Made by a program: the position numbers and the translations under genes. A stretch of DNA of 64,000 nt from Porphyridium purpureum (Eukaryota), in assembly GCA_008690995.1 (NCBI GenBank), contig VRMN01000011.1, positions 248,001-312,000 on the forward strand, written 5' to 3'. Of this stretch, positions 31,592 to 42,709 are shown piece by piece (positions within the stretch are counted from its first letter, which is position 1; each line of letters opens with the position of its first letter). Under the pieces are notes generated by a model that saw nothing but the letters and a program-made list of their open reading frames with translations, searched no databases and had not been told where the DNA came from.

Positions 31592-32566
31592 ATGGACAGC
31601 CGCGCCTTCGTGGAGGCCCCTGCGCATTTCCAGGCGGCGGTCATGCCACCTTCGGCCGCGCAGTCATCGGCGCGCGGTCGTCGTTCATGGCTTCTGTTTG
31701 AGATTGTTTTGCTGGTTGCTGTAGCACTGCTGTTCTGTCCCGGCGAGGCCAGGAGCGGAAAATGGAATAGTCAGATGGTATCTCAACTCCAGCACAAACA
31801 GGAGCAAAGCGTCTCCCTCATGCCGCTCCGACGCCGCTCGGGAGCTGACATTCTCCAGGAAGACTATGCTTCTCGCATCATTGTCAGCGAGCTGAATCGG
31901 TTTGTGTTTTGTCCGGTGCCTAAGGTGGCGAACTCTAACTGGAAGTATGTCATCCGCCAACTTGAAGGCTTTTCGGATTACGCAAATTTAACCCTTGGAC
32001 ATCGTGTGGACCTCAACGGCCTGCGATACTTGAGTGACTATTCCCCAGACGACGCCGAGCGTATTCTTTTCGGGAGCGAGTTTTTCAAGTTTGCTTTTGT
32101 GCGTGATCCGTACACGAGGCTCGTGTCGGCGTACTTGGACAAGTTTCAAAACAAAGACGCGAGCTCTGAAGAGTACCGGCTGTTTATGGCACAAATATAT
32201 AGTTGGAAGTATGTACGCGATCGAGACATCGCGAAGGAACCGAGACCGTCGTTTCGTGCGTTTGTAGATGAGCTTCTGAAGCAAAAGCCAACTCGCATGA
32301 ATCTGCATTGGATGCCGCAGTCATACATCTGTGGCTTTGGCGATGTTCCGTACGACTTCATCGGGCGTTTTGAGAATCTTGTCAGTGATGCGTCGTCGGC
32401 TTTGAGGTTCATGGGAAAGGGCGACGTCCATTTCCCTTCGCAAGAGGAAATTGGTTTTCTGCCGTCAGGCGCCACAAACACCACTGCCGAATACTATACA
32501 TTGGAACTGATGCTCAAGGTCAAGATTATGTACGAGGTGGACTTTGTACTATTAGGCTACGAATAA
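31592..32566 (+). CDS. Carbohydrate sulfotransferase (Sulfotransfer_2/CHST family), type II membrane protein
   Basis: N-terminal TM segment; 5'-PSB PKVANSNWK; 3'-PB FVRDPYTRLVSAY; HWMPQ..IC, YDFIGRFENL. Confidence 0.9.
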   Translation: MDSRAFVEAPAHFQAAVMPPSAAQSSARGRRSWLLFEIVLLVAVALLFCPGEARSGKWNSQMVSQLQHKQEQSVSLMPLRRRSGADILQEDYASRIIVSELNRFVFCPVPKVANSNWKYVIRQLEGFSDYANLTLGHRVDLNGLRYLSDYSPDDAERILFGSEFFKFAFVRDPYTRLVSAYLDKFQNKDASSEEYRLFMAQIYSWKYVRDRDIAKEPRPSFRAFVDELLKQKPTRMNLHWMPQSYICGFGDVPYDFIGRFENLVSDASSALRFMGKGDVHFPSQEEIGFLPSGATNTTAEYYTLELMLKVKIMYEVDFVLLGYE

Positions 32567-32925
32567 ATATCATTTGCTGTAAAGGCCGAACCCCAAAGCG
32601 ATACGGGACCTTCGATGCGGTTTCACCACCACTTTCAGAGCGCGCACATCGTCGATGCTCGTCGTGTCCGCGGACTCTTCCTTGGACAGGTTTCTGGGCG
32701 AAAATAATGATCAAAGCTTCAGTCTGTGAAGCTTTACCTTTGCTCTCTGAACGCGCTACGTGACGGTGTTTCGTTGGGGCAGAGGGCTCAGGGACTCTGG
32801 CGTGCAGCAGCGAGGCGTCTCTCTTCTCTGTGCGGAAGCCTCCGACTCACCGCGCTAGCGTGCTGGGCACCCTGCTGAAACGGCGTTGAACGCAATGACG
32901 TTGGGGTCATTGTTCAATTTGGCCC

Positions 32926-35900
32926 ATGGAGAGCAAACACTGCTTCGATGCGTCGCAATCAAGCGACGCATCCTACTCGTGGACTCAGGTCGCCACGTTT
33001 GACATGAACACAATTGCACTTGCGTGCAGTGGAAGCGATCACGTGCGGAGCGATCTTTTCAGATTCTGGCCGTGGACAGACGCAGTCATTGCGCACGTGG
33101 AAGAATTGGTCTCAGATGCACACAACGACATGACCAAGTCTGCGCTGACTTTTGCAGGCCATCCAAGCGACCTGGACTGGAAATCTCAGCAGGCAGCGCT
33201 CGTAGGTCAGCCGCCTCAAGCATTGGTATTCATTGCAAAAGCAGATGATGTACGCAAGCTTGCATGCCTGGTACCGGCAGTACCCAGATTCGATCAGGAG
33301 GAGAGGTACGTGTGGTCCTCCTGTGTGCCCTTGACTCCAATTGTATCAAAAGAATTGCTAGACGCCTGCTCTAACCCACTCGAAAACCTGCGACAAGCGA
33401 GTTGCGTATTTTCGTTGCGGTTGTCAGAGTCCGATTTTCTTGTTGTTGTTGGATACGAATGCGGCTCGCTTGCATTTTACAAAGAAGGGCTTTGCGTGGC
33501 CATTGCCCCAAATAGTGTGGGAAGACCGGTGTTGCGCCTTGAATGTGAACCAGGGACTTGCATGTCATCTCGCTCTTTGGTTGTCCTCTGGAAAGCACAC
33601 AAAACCATTGGACGCCTTCATGTTTTGCAGATTGCCCATTCAATCAGCAACAAAGACAAACGTCAATACGGATACGAAGCGTACCGACCTGCCATTCTCA
33701 AATCTTCACAGTGGACATTTGTCCAGATCGATTATTCTGGGGAGCTCACGAGTATGCGCGCCCTGAGTGATAGCCGCCGTGCTCTCGGCGGCCGATTTTC
33801 TGTGGAGCCTGATGAAGAAAGCATTTGTCAAAAATCTTTATCGTTCGAGGAAGGGCGGCCAGCCGTTGTCCCGTCTCGGCTGCAGCTCCTCGTATCAGGT
33901 AGTGCCCCTTCATTCGCCCTTTTCGAAGTTGACGCGGGTGAGAGCCAACGAGAAAACATGAGCAGGCGTTCAACACCCACTGCCTTGATGAAGTCAATGT
34001 GGCATTCAATTCGACAAAGTCCTGGCGGTGCGGGAAGCAGCATGGAGGTCCGATCGCTCCCTGTGAAAAGCTCATTTCACGACAACAAGGACCGGTGCTT
34101 CACATTTTTGGATATGAGCGCCACCACTCTGAGCGAAGATTGCATGCAGCCGTGTTTCTTTGTGGGCGTCGATTCCGGGGGACGAATCTTTGTAGGAGAT
34201 GTCGAGGATTGCTGTATTCTTTCGATCCTGAAAGGCTATCGAAGCAGCGAGGTCCAGTGGATGAGAAGTGGAGCAAGGCCGCGACCCGGCGCTCTGAGCC
34301 ATGAGAATGACTTACTCATGGTCCATCATCCTTCCAGAGGTTGGCTTGAAATATGGCAACCTGTTCGGGGCATCATGTCTGCTCGTTTTGAGCTTACTGG
34401 GCGCCGCACTGATTTTGTGCAGCTTGTCCCATCCGACGCTTCAAATTTTCTGCTCGATTCTAGTGGGGCCCTTTGGGAAGTAACCATCGGCTCCGTTGCG
34501 ACTGAATCTGAGCGAACAACATTTGTTCGAAACGAAGCCAAGACTTCGACCGTGCATCCTATAGCCAGCTGCCAATCACTAGAAGCTGTACTGCAAAGTT
34601 TGAGTTTAGAGAAGGGAAAGGTTGGCGAGTTGCGCATGGGCTCTGATTGGGTGCATCTGGGCGTCGTCAGTTGCGTGCGGCTGGCATTGGACATCCGATA
34701 CGTACATCACAGGCTCGCGATATCTCCTGTCATAAGCCTCTTGACAAAACAGCGGGATCTTGCTCTCCTTTTTGAATTGATGCGCGACTATTCCAGTCGG
34801 TTTGGGCGAGTTTCGTTGAAAGGCATAACAGAGTCTGGACTTGGTGCAGGCCAGTCAGAAGTTATACGGCTTCTCGGATCCATGAGGAGCTCCGAGGTGA
34901 CAAAAAGTGTACGCACGACACTTGATGTTGCATTGGCGCGTTTCGATGCACTAAGTCACTGGAACCTGTACTGTGTCTGGCGAACGTTTCTGGGGTGCGT
35001 TGAGCTTCGAGCCAAGCAAGAAGCGCGCGGGATGCTCGCGTATCTGTACTTTGGAAATCTGTTTTTGTGCGATGACTCACTTGCTCATCCTGATTCCGTC
35101 GAGAAATGGACGAGGCACGCGAATGCTATTATGAGGCTAAGCGGCCTAACGCTGCACGATCTTGCAGATCTTTTTCTGTGCTTTTGGCTTACTTTCTCCT
35201 TGCAAGAATTGTTGGAGCTCGTCTTCCTGCGCCATGGAATGCAGAAACTTGCTCTCATGTGGTCCATCTTTGGAGAAAGCATGTTGCTCGCTTTGAGGGA
35301 CGTGACGGACCGAAGCACAAGCTATAGTGATGTGTCGAGGCTTATGTTCCTTGCGAACGTATGGTTTTCTAGTGGTAGCCATGCAGAAGGGCACGAGAAT
35401 GAATTGTGGACAGCTCAAGTTGAATCCTTGTTCATGTTGTGTCGGGGCTTTCACATTGCGGCTCAGTACTTCAGCGATTTTCCTGTGGATCGGGAGTTTA
35501 CCTATTGCTCGCGTCAGAGAGGGATGAGTAGCATTCGACCGTTCTTGGACCCAGACGAACACGCACTCTGTATTTTGCTTGAGCTTAGAAGATACCACGA
35601 TGCAGCCCTTCTCGTTTTTCGGATAGGGAATCGAGCGGCAGTTTTTGATGGTTCGCAAGTGGTCACGATCCTTTCTGTACATATTGGAGCCCGACTGAAG
35701 AGTTTGTCAGCAGATGAACAAGGGCTTGTGCAGAAGACGTTGGGAAAGGCTGCGTGGAGATGGATTATGGAATCCGGCAATGACTTGCTGGCGTCTGAAG
35801 TAGACGACGGCGATTTTGGCTTGTATCTTGCAGAATGTCGTCTCCTTGTTTCGTGGCTTAACGAAAATGTACCCGACGCTTCGGAGGTAGCTGTCCGAAG

Positions 35901-35946
35901 CTTGTTTCTTGTGGATGCACTCGATGCGTTGGGTGCAGTGTCTTGA
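32926..35946 (+). CDS. RAB3GAP2: Rab3 GTPase-activating protein non-catalytic subunit-like
   Basis: DSGGRIFV.D......LKGYRSSEVQW and HPSRGWLEIW match the RAB3GAP2 N-terminal domain. Confidence 0.68.
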   Translation: MESKHCFDASQSSDASYSWTQVATFDMNTIALACSGSDHVRSDLFRFWPWTDAVIAHVEELVSDAHNDMTKSALTFAGHPSDLDWKSQQAALVGQPPQALVFIAKADDVRKLACLVPAVPRFDQEERYVWSSCVPLTPIVSKELLDACSNPLENLRQASCVFSLRLSESDFLVVVGYECGSLAFYKEGLCVAIAPNSVGRPVLRLECEPGTCMSSRSLVVLWKAHKTIGRLHVLQIAHSISNKDKRQYGYEAYRPAILKSSQWTFVQIDYSGELTSMRALSDSRRALGGRFSVEPDEESICQKSLSFEEGRPAVVPSRLQLLVSGSAPSFALFEVDAGESQRENMSRRSTPTALMKSMWHSIRQSPGGAGSSMEVRSLPVKSSFHDNKDRCFTFLDMSATTLSEDCMQPCFFVGVDSGGRIFVGDVEDCCILSILKGYRSSEVQWMRSGARPRPGALSHENDLLMVHHPSRGWLEIWQPVRGIMSARFELTGRRTDFVQLVPSDASNFLLDSSGALWEVTIGSVATESERTTFVRNEAKTSTVHPIASCQSLEAVLQSLSLEKGKVGELRMGSDWVHLGVVSCVRLALDIRYVHHRLAISPVISLLTKQRDLALLFELMRDYSSRFGRVSLKGITESGLGAGQSEVIRLLGSMRSSEVTKSVRTTLDVALARFDALSHWNLYCVWRTFLGCVELRAKQEARGMLAYLYFGNLFLCDDSLAHPDSVEKWTRHANAIMRLSGLTLHDLADLFLCFWLTFSLQELLELVFLRHGMQKLALMWSIFGESMLLALRDVTDRSTSYSDVSRLMFLANVWFSSGSHAEGHENELWTAQVESLFMLCRGFHIAAQYFSDFPVDREFTYCSRQRGMSSIRPFLDPDEHALCILLELRRYHDAALLVFRIGNRAAVFDGSQVVTILSVHIGARLKSLSADEQGLVQKTLGKAAWRWIMESGNDLLASEVDDGDFGLYLAECRLLVSWLNENVPDASEVAVRSLFLVDALDALGAVS

Positions 35947-36411
35947 TACTGTGCCGTTACTCGCGTGCTTTCCTTGTCTCAGTCCGTTGCGGAAGGTGTC
36001 GCGTGAAGCACAGAACACGATGGCCCGAGGGCTGGGTGAAGATGTTTGTGTCACCTTCGTCCCAATTGAGTGTAACGACTGCTTGAACCCGTCCAACTGC
36101 CGCAGGCGAAGGGCAAGTGAAAGAGTGCGAGCCAGCAGATGTCTTCAGTGAAGAGACCATGTACAGCTCTTTTGAAACTTATCCATTGCGCACCTCGTTT
36201 ATTTCATTTCTCCCACATTTTGCCTTTGCACACAAACTATTCAGTATTTCACCAACCTGGATCACTGCTGCATGAAAGTCGTGGAGCAGTCCCACAGGCG
36301 CAGCTTCTTTCGATTTTCTTTCGCGTGCTACATGCCCAGGCCTTGTCATCCAAGAAGGCAAAAATGAAGTCACAAAAGGATCCCGTATCAACTGACCGAT
36401 CCATGACAACA

Positions 36412-37629
36412 TCACTTCCCAATCTTGTTGGGGCTGATCTTGACCTTATCGAGGGTCACACTCACAGTTCTTGAGCTATCCGATCCAGTATCGTTCAGAG
36501 AAATATACGGGGCCATGTTCACGGTAGTTCCAGGGTAGTACTTCATCCATTTTCCAGTCGGAGCATTTCCGCCCGCCTTGTACTTCTGGCAGTCCGCAAG
36601 CATCTGCGCAGCAGCCGCCATATCCGGTGCAATATACTTGGATGTAACCGACACATAGCTGTGTTCATCACTGCCAACATTTGTCACAGAAATTTGGGGC
36701 GCCTTGTTCACCTTGTCATAGCTGCACAACGACGTGTATGTTGAGATTGGCGCATGATCAAACTTGCCAATCTTCTCGCCGATCGGACTGGCCGATCGTC
36801 CCTCAGAAGCCTCCTTTTCCACCTTCGCCCAGTAGTAGGCTGTTCCAAACGCAAGAGTTTCCGAAGTGATCGGCGACGGAAGCCCGCGCATCACATCAAT
36901 AGCATCCGTTGGAAGGTCTGCGGCAACTGTCGCAATCATGTTGAGATTCGATTTCGCCTTGTCCGACGTTGCGCCCCCAGGATTCGCCTTCACCATGCGG
37001 TTGAATCTCTCCGAGCTCAGGTACGTGCCGCGATAGACCACGTACGGAACCACGTGGTCTCCGAAGAGCGCTTTATACTCGTCGCTGTCGATGTATGAGT
37101 CGATTTCAGCCTCCAGTCCGCTGGTCGCGAGAATTTGGATGTGAGTACTGACCTCCTCCTGGGTCGGCGCACGGCCCAGGAAGTGCTTGAAGTTCAGCAG
37201 CACAAAGTTGTACGATGACTTGGCCTCCATGAAACGCGTGCGATAAGACGCCGACTTCCCTACGGCGCGAACAAACTCGCGAACAGTGAGATTGCCGCCC
37301 TTGAGCTGAGAAAAGGCGACGTCAATGTCCGGAGCCTCGCCCTCCATCACGTATGCATTACCCATCACCTGGCGCCGCACCTGCTCGTAAATTGTCGCCC
37401 AATCTGCGTCCATGCGAGAGACTCGAGCTGGACGCAGGGAATCAACGGACGAGTACGATGGCGGCTTTGCGATTGGGTAAGGCTGCACCTTGCGCACGGC
37501 GTTCGACGGAACCGCAAGATTTGTCTCCGCGGTGCCGGGAAGCGTCAGCGCGGCGCGCAAGGCGGTCTGCTTCGATGGGCGCGCATGGGCGAGCTGCGCG
37601 CCCGCAAACGACGAGATGAACGCAGCCAT
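36412..37629 (-). CDS. Nuclear-encoded phycobilisome (rod) linker polypeptide
   Basis: MAAFI transit peptide; RQVMGNAYVM, TVREFVRAVGKS..Y, NFKHFLGRAP, IDSYIDSDEY..LFGDHVVPY (PBS linker domain). Confidence 0.93.
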   Translation of the reverse strand: MAAFISSFAGAQLAHARPSKQTALRAALTLPGTAETNLAVPSNAVRKVQPYPIAKPPSYSSVDSLRPARVSRMDADWATIYEQVRRQVMGNAYVMEGEAPDIDVAFSQLKGGNLTVREFVRAVGKSASYRTRFMEAKSSYNFVLLNFKHFLGRAPTQEEVSTHIQILATSGLEAEIDSYIDSDEYKALFGDHVVPYVVYRGTYLSSERFNRMVKANPGGATSDKAKSNLNMIATVAADLPTDAIDVMRGLPSPITSETLAFGTAYYWAKVEKEASEGRSASPIGEKIGKFDHAPISTYTSLCSYDKVNKAPQISVTNVGSDEHSYVSVTSKYIAPDMAAAAQMLADCQKYKAGGNAPTGKWMKYYPGTTVNMAPYISLNDTGSDSSRTVSVTLDKVKISPNKIGK

Positions 37630-40600
37630 GGCGACGATATCGACTTGGATTGCGCACGGATGCTGGGCCACACTCCTCCGGCACGAACGCAACCTTCCGC
37701 AAGCCCAATCCTTCAGAGGTCGCGGTCTGCACCATCCTAAATGCCGCACGCACAAGCCGCAAGCTGTACCGCGCCGCAGCTCGAGCGGCAGCGCGCGTGC
37801 GCGTGATCTCGGCGCGGCACGCAGCTGCAGCGCAATGCGCATCGCTATGCCATCTCCGCGCCGCACGCTAGGGTTCCCTGCGCGCGCCGCGGTTCAGCGC
37901 GCAGGTACAGCGGCGCGCCCGCGTATGTTTGTCCCGAGGCGGCTGCTGCGCGGCACGAAAGCTGCGGTCCGACGACGTGCGCAGCCGCCGCACAACCAGG
38001 CGTCCCGCGGAGGCGGCACTCGTCCCGTCCGCGCCGCCGCCCGCCATGGGTATGTCTTGTCGCCATCTTCACCGGTGAGTCTGCCGCAGTCTCGAGCGAA
38101 CACCACATGGCGCGCGTGGGACGACAAGTGCAGTGGGTGCAAACGCCATCCCACGCTTCATCGATTCATGGAGGGGCGCTCGTTTCTGCAGGCTCAGAAC
38201 AAATGCTCACGTCGTGAATAGTCCGTGCCTTATGCAAGACGTGTGCAAAAGCCCTGACCCGGCGCAGTGTGACGGGATGCAACTATGATTGTCGAGTACC
38301 GCGAATGAATCAGCCTCCATGTGACCGCAAACCGCTCCCGTGGACGCCAGTCCAGCACCTTCGAACAGTATCGTATCGAAATTGGCGTCTGTGCTCACAC
38401 GGATCATCTCTATATTGCGACGGCTGGAGGGGCCCATGACCTTCGTCGCACGGCATGCTATGCGGGAAAGCAACATGCTCGTTGCTCAAGGACGTCGACA
38501 GCGAAAGACTAGCGCTCACGTTTGACTCGAACAAGGCTACACCTTGTGTATCGAGTGGTGCAATTTGCAGTCCGGGAAGACGCAACCTCTTCGCGTCCTA
38601 GCATGCAGGTTTTGCCACTGATACTCCCTCGGCGTTTGAGCTCGAGCTTTCGGAACTAGTCGTCAAGAGAGGTTGCGTTAACACCCTAATGAGGATGCTG
38701 GACATGCTTTAAGGGCTATACGCATAGATTCGGACGTTGTCCCCTGGCCCAGACCAGAGCAACGAGATTGCTTCGATCTTTGCAGTGCACGCTTTGTTCC
38801 CTTTGTACACCACTAAACATATTTGCTTGGAGACTGATGCAAGCTCTTCACCGTCCCCTCGGCAAAATGCCTGGAAACGTGCTAAATACCAGCCACCCTG
38901 GCGGGTCGGGATCAAATTCCGTGTGCGAAGGAAAACAGCTTGAAGCTAAGACAAATGGGACCCCTGCACATGAATTCCTGTCCACGGCTTTGCTTTTGAA
39001 AAGAAAGGGACCTCTACGTTGGACCATCTCAAATGTGCTATTAATGGAGTTACCATTGCTGTTCTGATTCGAGCAGTGCTTGCTGCTGGACCCATGGGAG
39101 TTTGAACGCGACCCTTGCTTGAGGTGATTCGCCTTGTCGGCTTGGTTTGAAACCTTGGGGTTGTATCGCAAAAGAGGGTTTTGCGTGCAAACAGACGCAG
39201 CGCGACGCACCTGGCCCTGTTTCGAATGGGTTGGGAGCAGAGTACAAAAAGCAGAATGGCGAGTCGTTTGACAGGCTTCAGCTTAACGTTTCTTCGTAGA
39301 GATGTGAAGTAAAACAATCGGAATTTGTTCAAGAAATTGAGTTTTCGCCTTGAGAGGATTGAGTTCCTGAAGGCACGTGCGCAACCCGCACTTGCACCTC
39401 TCAGAAGAAAAGGCTACAACAATGGGTCGTCGTGTTGCGTGCACAAAGAGCAATTTTTGATCAGCAATTTAACTCTGGGTGCACTGTTTAGTGCATAGTA
39501 AAGACCTTCTCGTCGGCTGAGCAGCCGACCTTTCCAACGTTCTGTGCGAAAAGGTCTGACGGTGCTGCAAAAGCGAAAACCAGACCTTTCCATCGGCATC
39601 AGATTCAAGCTATGATAGCCACCAAAAATGCATTCTGGTCTCGCAGGCCATGATTCTGCCGCTGGGGAAGGACCAGAACATGAGATATTGCTTACGAACC
39701 TTTTCAACACAGCCATTCAGAAGCCCATCTCCGTGCACAAAGCCGATGGTCATAAAACAGCCCTTCATCTCACTGTTTGCTCAAGTGGCAGTGACAAGCT
39801 GATTGCATGCATGCCGCGGAAGAATCTTACGCGTAGCAGCATCTCTGTTGCGCACAAGCGGCCAATAAATCTACTGAAGCGTGTGCAAGCTCGAGAGAAT
39901 TGTAACGCTCGAAAGTAATATAAGGAACAAAAGGAACTAGTGGGCTGAAGCTGTTTGTCTTGGGCGAGAAAACAGGAAAATTCGAGATATAAAATGCGCG
40001 CGTTTAGCATCACAACAAATCTGGGTAGTGCTCCAAAGACTGAATGAAAGGTTTGTCGTTTTTCTTGCGACGAATCCTTCAGGCCGTTTACGCTCGTCGA
40101 ATACTCCAATGCAAAGGGTGAGTGCAAAACAATCTGGAACTGGTGCTTTGCACCTTTCTCATCGCTCTCGCTCATCACTGAAGGCGCAATGCCATCCTTT
40201 CACTGTAAAGGTCCTGTTTTCACACCAAGAGAATCAAAGCTTAAACTTTTCGACATCCAGATAAAATTTCCGACACAAGGACACATGTGAAGTTTCTGAA
40301 GCACCAGACTGGATCCGGGTTTGCAAGGAAACCGAACTCCTATTTAAAGCTGAAAATGAAAATATATTACTTTTTACTCTCAACCTCGGAGGAATTGAAA
40401 ATAGATGTCAGTTTGACGCGGCGCATTCCTAAGTTGGCAGATATTCATTGACAAACATTTTGAAAGGCATACAAGGCCACAATCGATTTGATTTCAAAGA
40501 TTCATATGAATGATACTTGTTTTTTAGGTAATTTAGATATTGCAGGTTCAAGGAGCAAACTGCTTGCAAAAGATAAGAATCCAACATTCATACAGGGAAT

Positions 40601-41066
40601 AGGTGCGAATAAAATATAAATTCCGAGAACCAACGTTATCGTAATCCGTAATTTTTTTCCTTCATACTTTCGTCGCCTTGAATGAGATCCTGCTTTCAAA
40701 ATAGAGCAAGAGAATAATGATCAATGCTCGCCGGGATGATCAAACTGAATTCCGAAAAAACAATCACCATTTGCGCCTGAGGAAAACAAATGCTGACCGA
40801 ACCATCATCATGGCCAAAAAAAAATACTACATTGAAGTTTTACTAATAAACGGTTTGCGCTGAAATTCTAGGAAACGAAGCTTGGACTCACAAGAGAAAT
40901 CGCGAATACATTTTTTAGTTTACTTTATCCATGTCAGTGATTCAGTTTAGCATTCGCCGTCTTGGTCAAAAAGGAAAATGAAAATCAATCTTGCCTGGTA
41001 GATACTAGAGCAGCCGTATCAAAAAACGCTTTTTTTAGTTCCTTCGAAGATTACGTCGAACCGGAC

Positions 41067-41086
41067 TTTTTTTTTTTTTTTTTTTT
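41067..41086. repeat. T20 homopolymer
   Basis: Read directly from the sequence. Confidence 0.9.
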
Positions 41087-42345
41087 CGTTATGTTTTTGC
41101 GCGTGACTATATTTTTGCCTGGAATTTTTCCTCTGTTCAGCCTTGGGATGTCATTGGAAATCAAGATTTTCTCCTACAATAGTAGCTAGTCAGCTGATTG
41201 CATCCCTGCGCAATTCAAATGACTCTGTGAAAGGAGTTCGTCGCTCAACTCTTTGAATCTATTCCGGACTGGTCTCCTTAGGGTTATAAATCTGAACACG
41301 ACGAGGTTATTTGAAGGAGCCTGACCCATCATTGTGGAATTTTATTATAATTCGGTTTCTGTTCCCGATCGGATCCAGATGATGCAGTTATCATCATGAA
41401 GTTTACGGATACAAATTCAACGAACGAAAGTGAAAATCATTCCGAATTCACCACGAGCGATCTTGTTGACACGCGCACAATCCAACGTGTAATGTAGCAA
41501 TCGCAGATGAAAAGAATTTTTCGGATCATGATCTTCGCGCATGTCCGACTAAAGCATGGCAAAATGATCTTTCCGCACCATGAAGATTTTGTGTTCGTGT
41601 TCAAAATTTAGAAACTTATGATTCCTGCTTCTTCGCTTCTCGCGTAATGAAACATGGTGAAAATGACCTGATTGAGATTTCGAATAGTTTCTGGCAGACA
41701 TGTGCATTATTGCGGACCTGTGCAATCGCTTTACTGAACAGACTTGTGAAAGGCAGGGGATCTTATCTTGTCCTGTTTGAGGCGAAGTCTTCTTACACAA
41801 GCTATTTTTTCTTCACTTACTTTCAGCACATCGTCCACGGGATGGTTCAGCGAACTGCTCAAAAGCTCTTGGGGATTTCGTTGCTCACGCTTAGTTACCA
41901 ATGAAAGCCAGATTCCAAAATGTATTCTTTTATCCCTAAAATAGGCTTGAAAAGTATCCCTCAAATGTCGCAGTCCAAAATTGCGAGAATTTAGTTTATA
42001 AAATGATATAAAATCTGGATCGACAAAACGTTCAGGCACGCGATTTGTGGAAAGATTCTGCGTGAAAGAAGTGGTAAAAAGCTTGCCGACAGTGGAGAAA
42101 TCAGAAGTCTAGGACAGATTTGTCAAGAATAGCTCCGATATGGTTTGTTAAGGTCTTTTCCTCATGCCATTGATGCAGCATATAATCTTCGCAGAGGGTT
42201 GGTAGCCTAATCCACATTTAAACCTTGTTGGGAATATCGAGAATCGGAAGATAAGTCTTCCTTTTATTTCGGACCTGGCCAAAACTGTTGAGAATCAAGG
42301 CCTGATGAAAGCACGATTGCCTATATGAAGAGCTTAGCGATGGCC

Positions 42346-42670
42346 TATTAAAAGGTCTGATGTATCGGGGAGTCTTTGTGACTTGTCACTAACGCAGTTG
42401 CGTGTCCCCTTCGTCGCCCTTGCAACTAACCTTACCTTCGTCATCCGGGGACTCCGAGCCTCGGCCATCGCTAAGCTCTTCATATAGGCAATCGTAGTGC
42501 TTTCACTAGTGAGATTGCCAACTGTACCTCCAGGGCAAAAACCCTTATTTACTATAAGTTGGAGAAATACAGAAAGTTGGAGAAATACAGAAAGTTGGAG
42601 CTGAAACATTCCCCATGGTATTACTACTTTACCTGGGGAGGGAATCTACCGAAACCCTGGATTCATAACA
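42346..42670 (-). repeat. 3' LTR of inner A copy (325 bp, TG...TA)
   Basis: Direct repeat of 46992-47316; preceded on the minus strand by the short purine tract GTGGGAG. Confidence 0.93.
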
Positions 42671-42709
42671 CTCCCACGCAGCGACAACTTTTCGTCATGC
42701 CTTCCACCT

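Noticed and set aside
41067..41086. Poly(T) as the tail of a non-LTR retroelement or retrocopy
   Set aside because: No convincing TSD or RT remnant next to it
38200..42280. Short ORFs as remnants of a degraded transposon
   Set aside because: No transposase or RT motif could be recognised by eye
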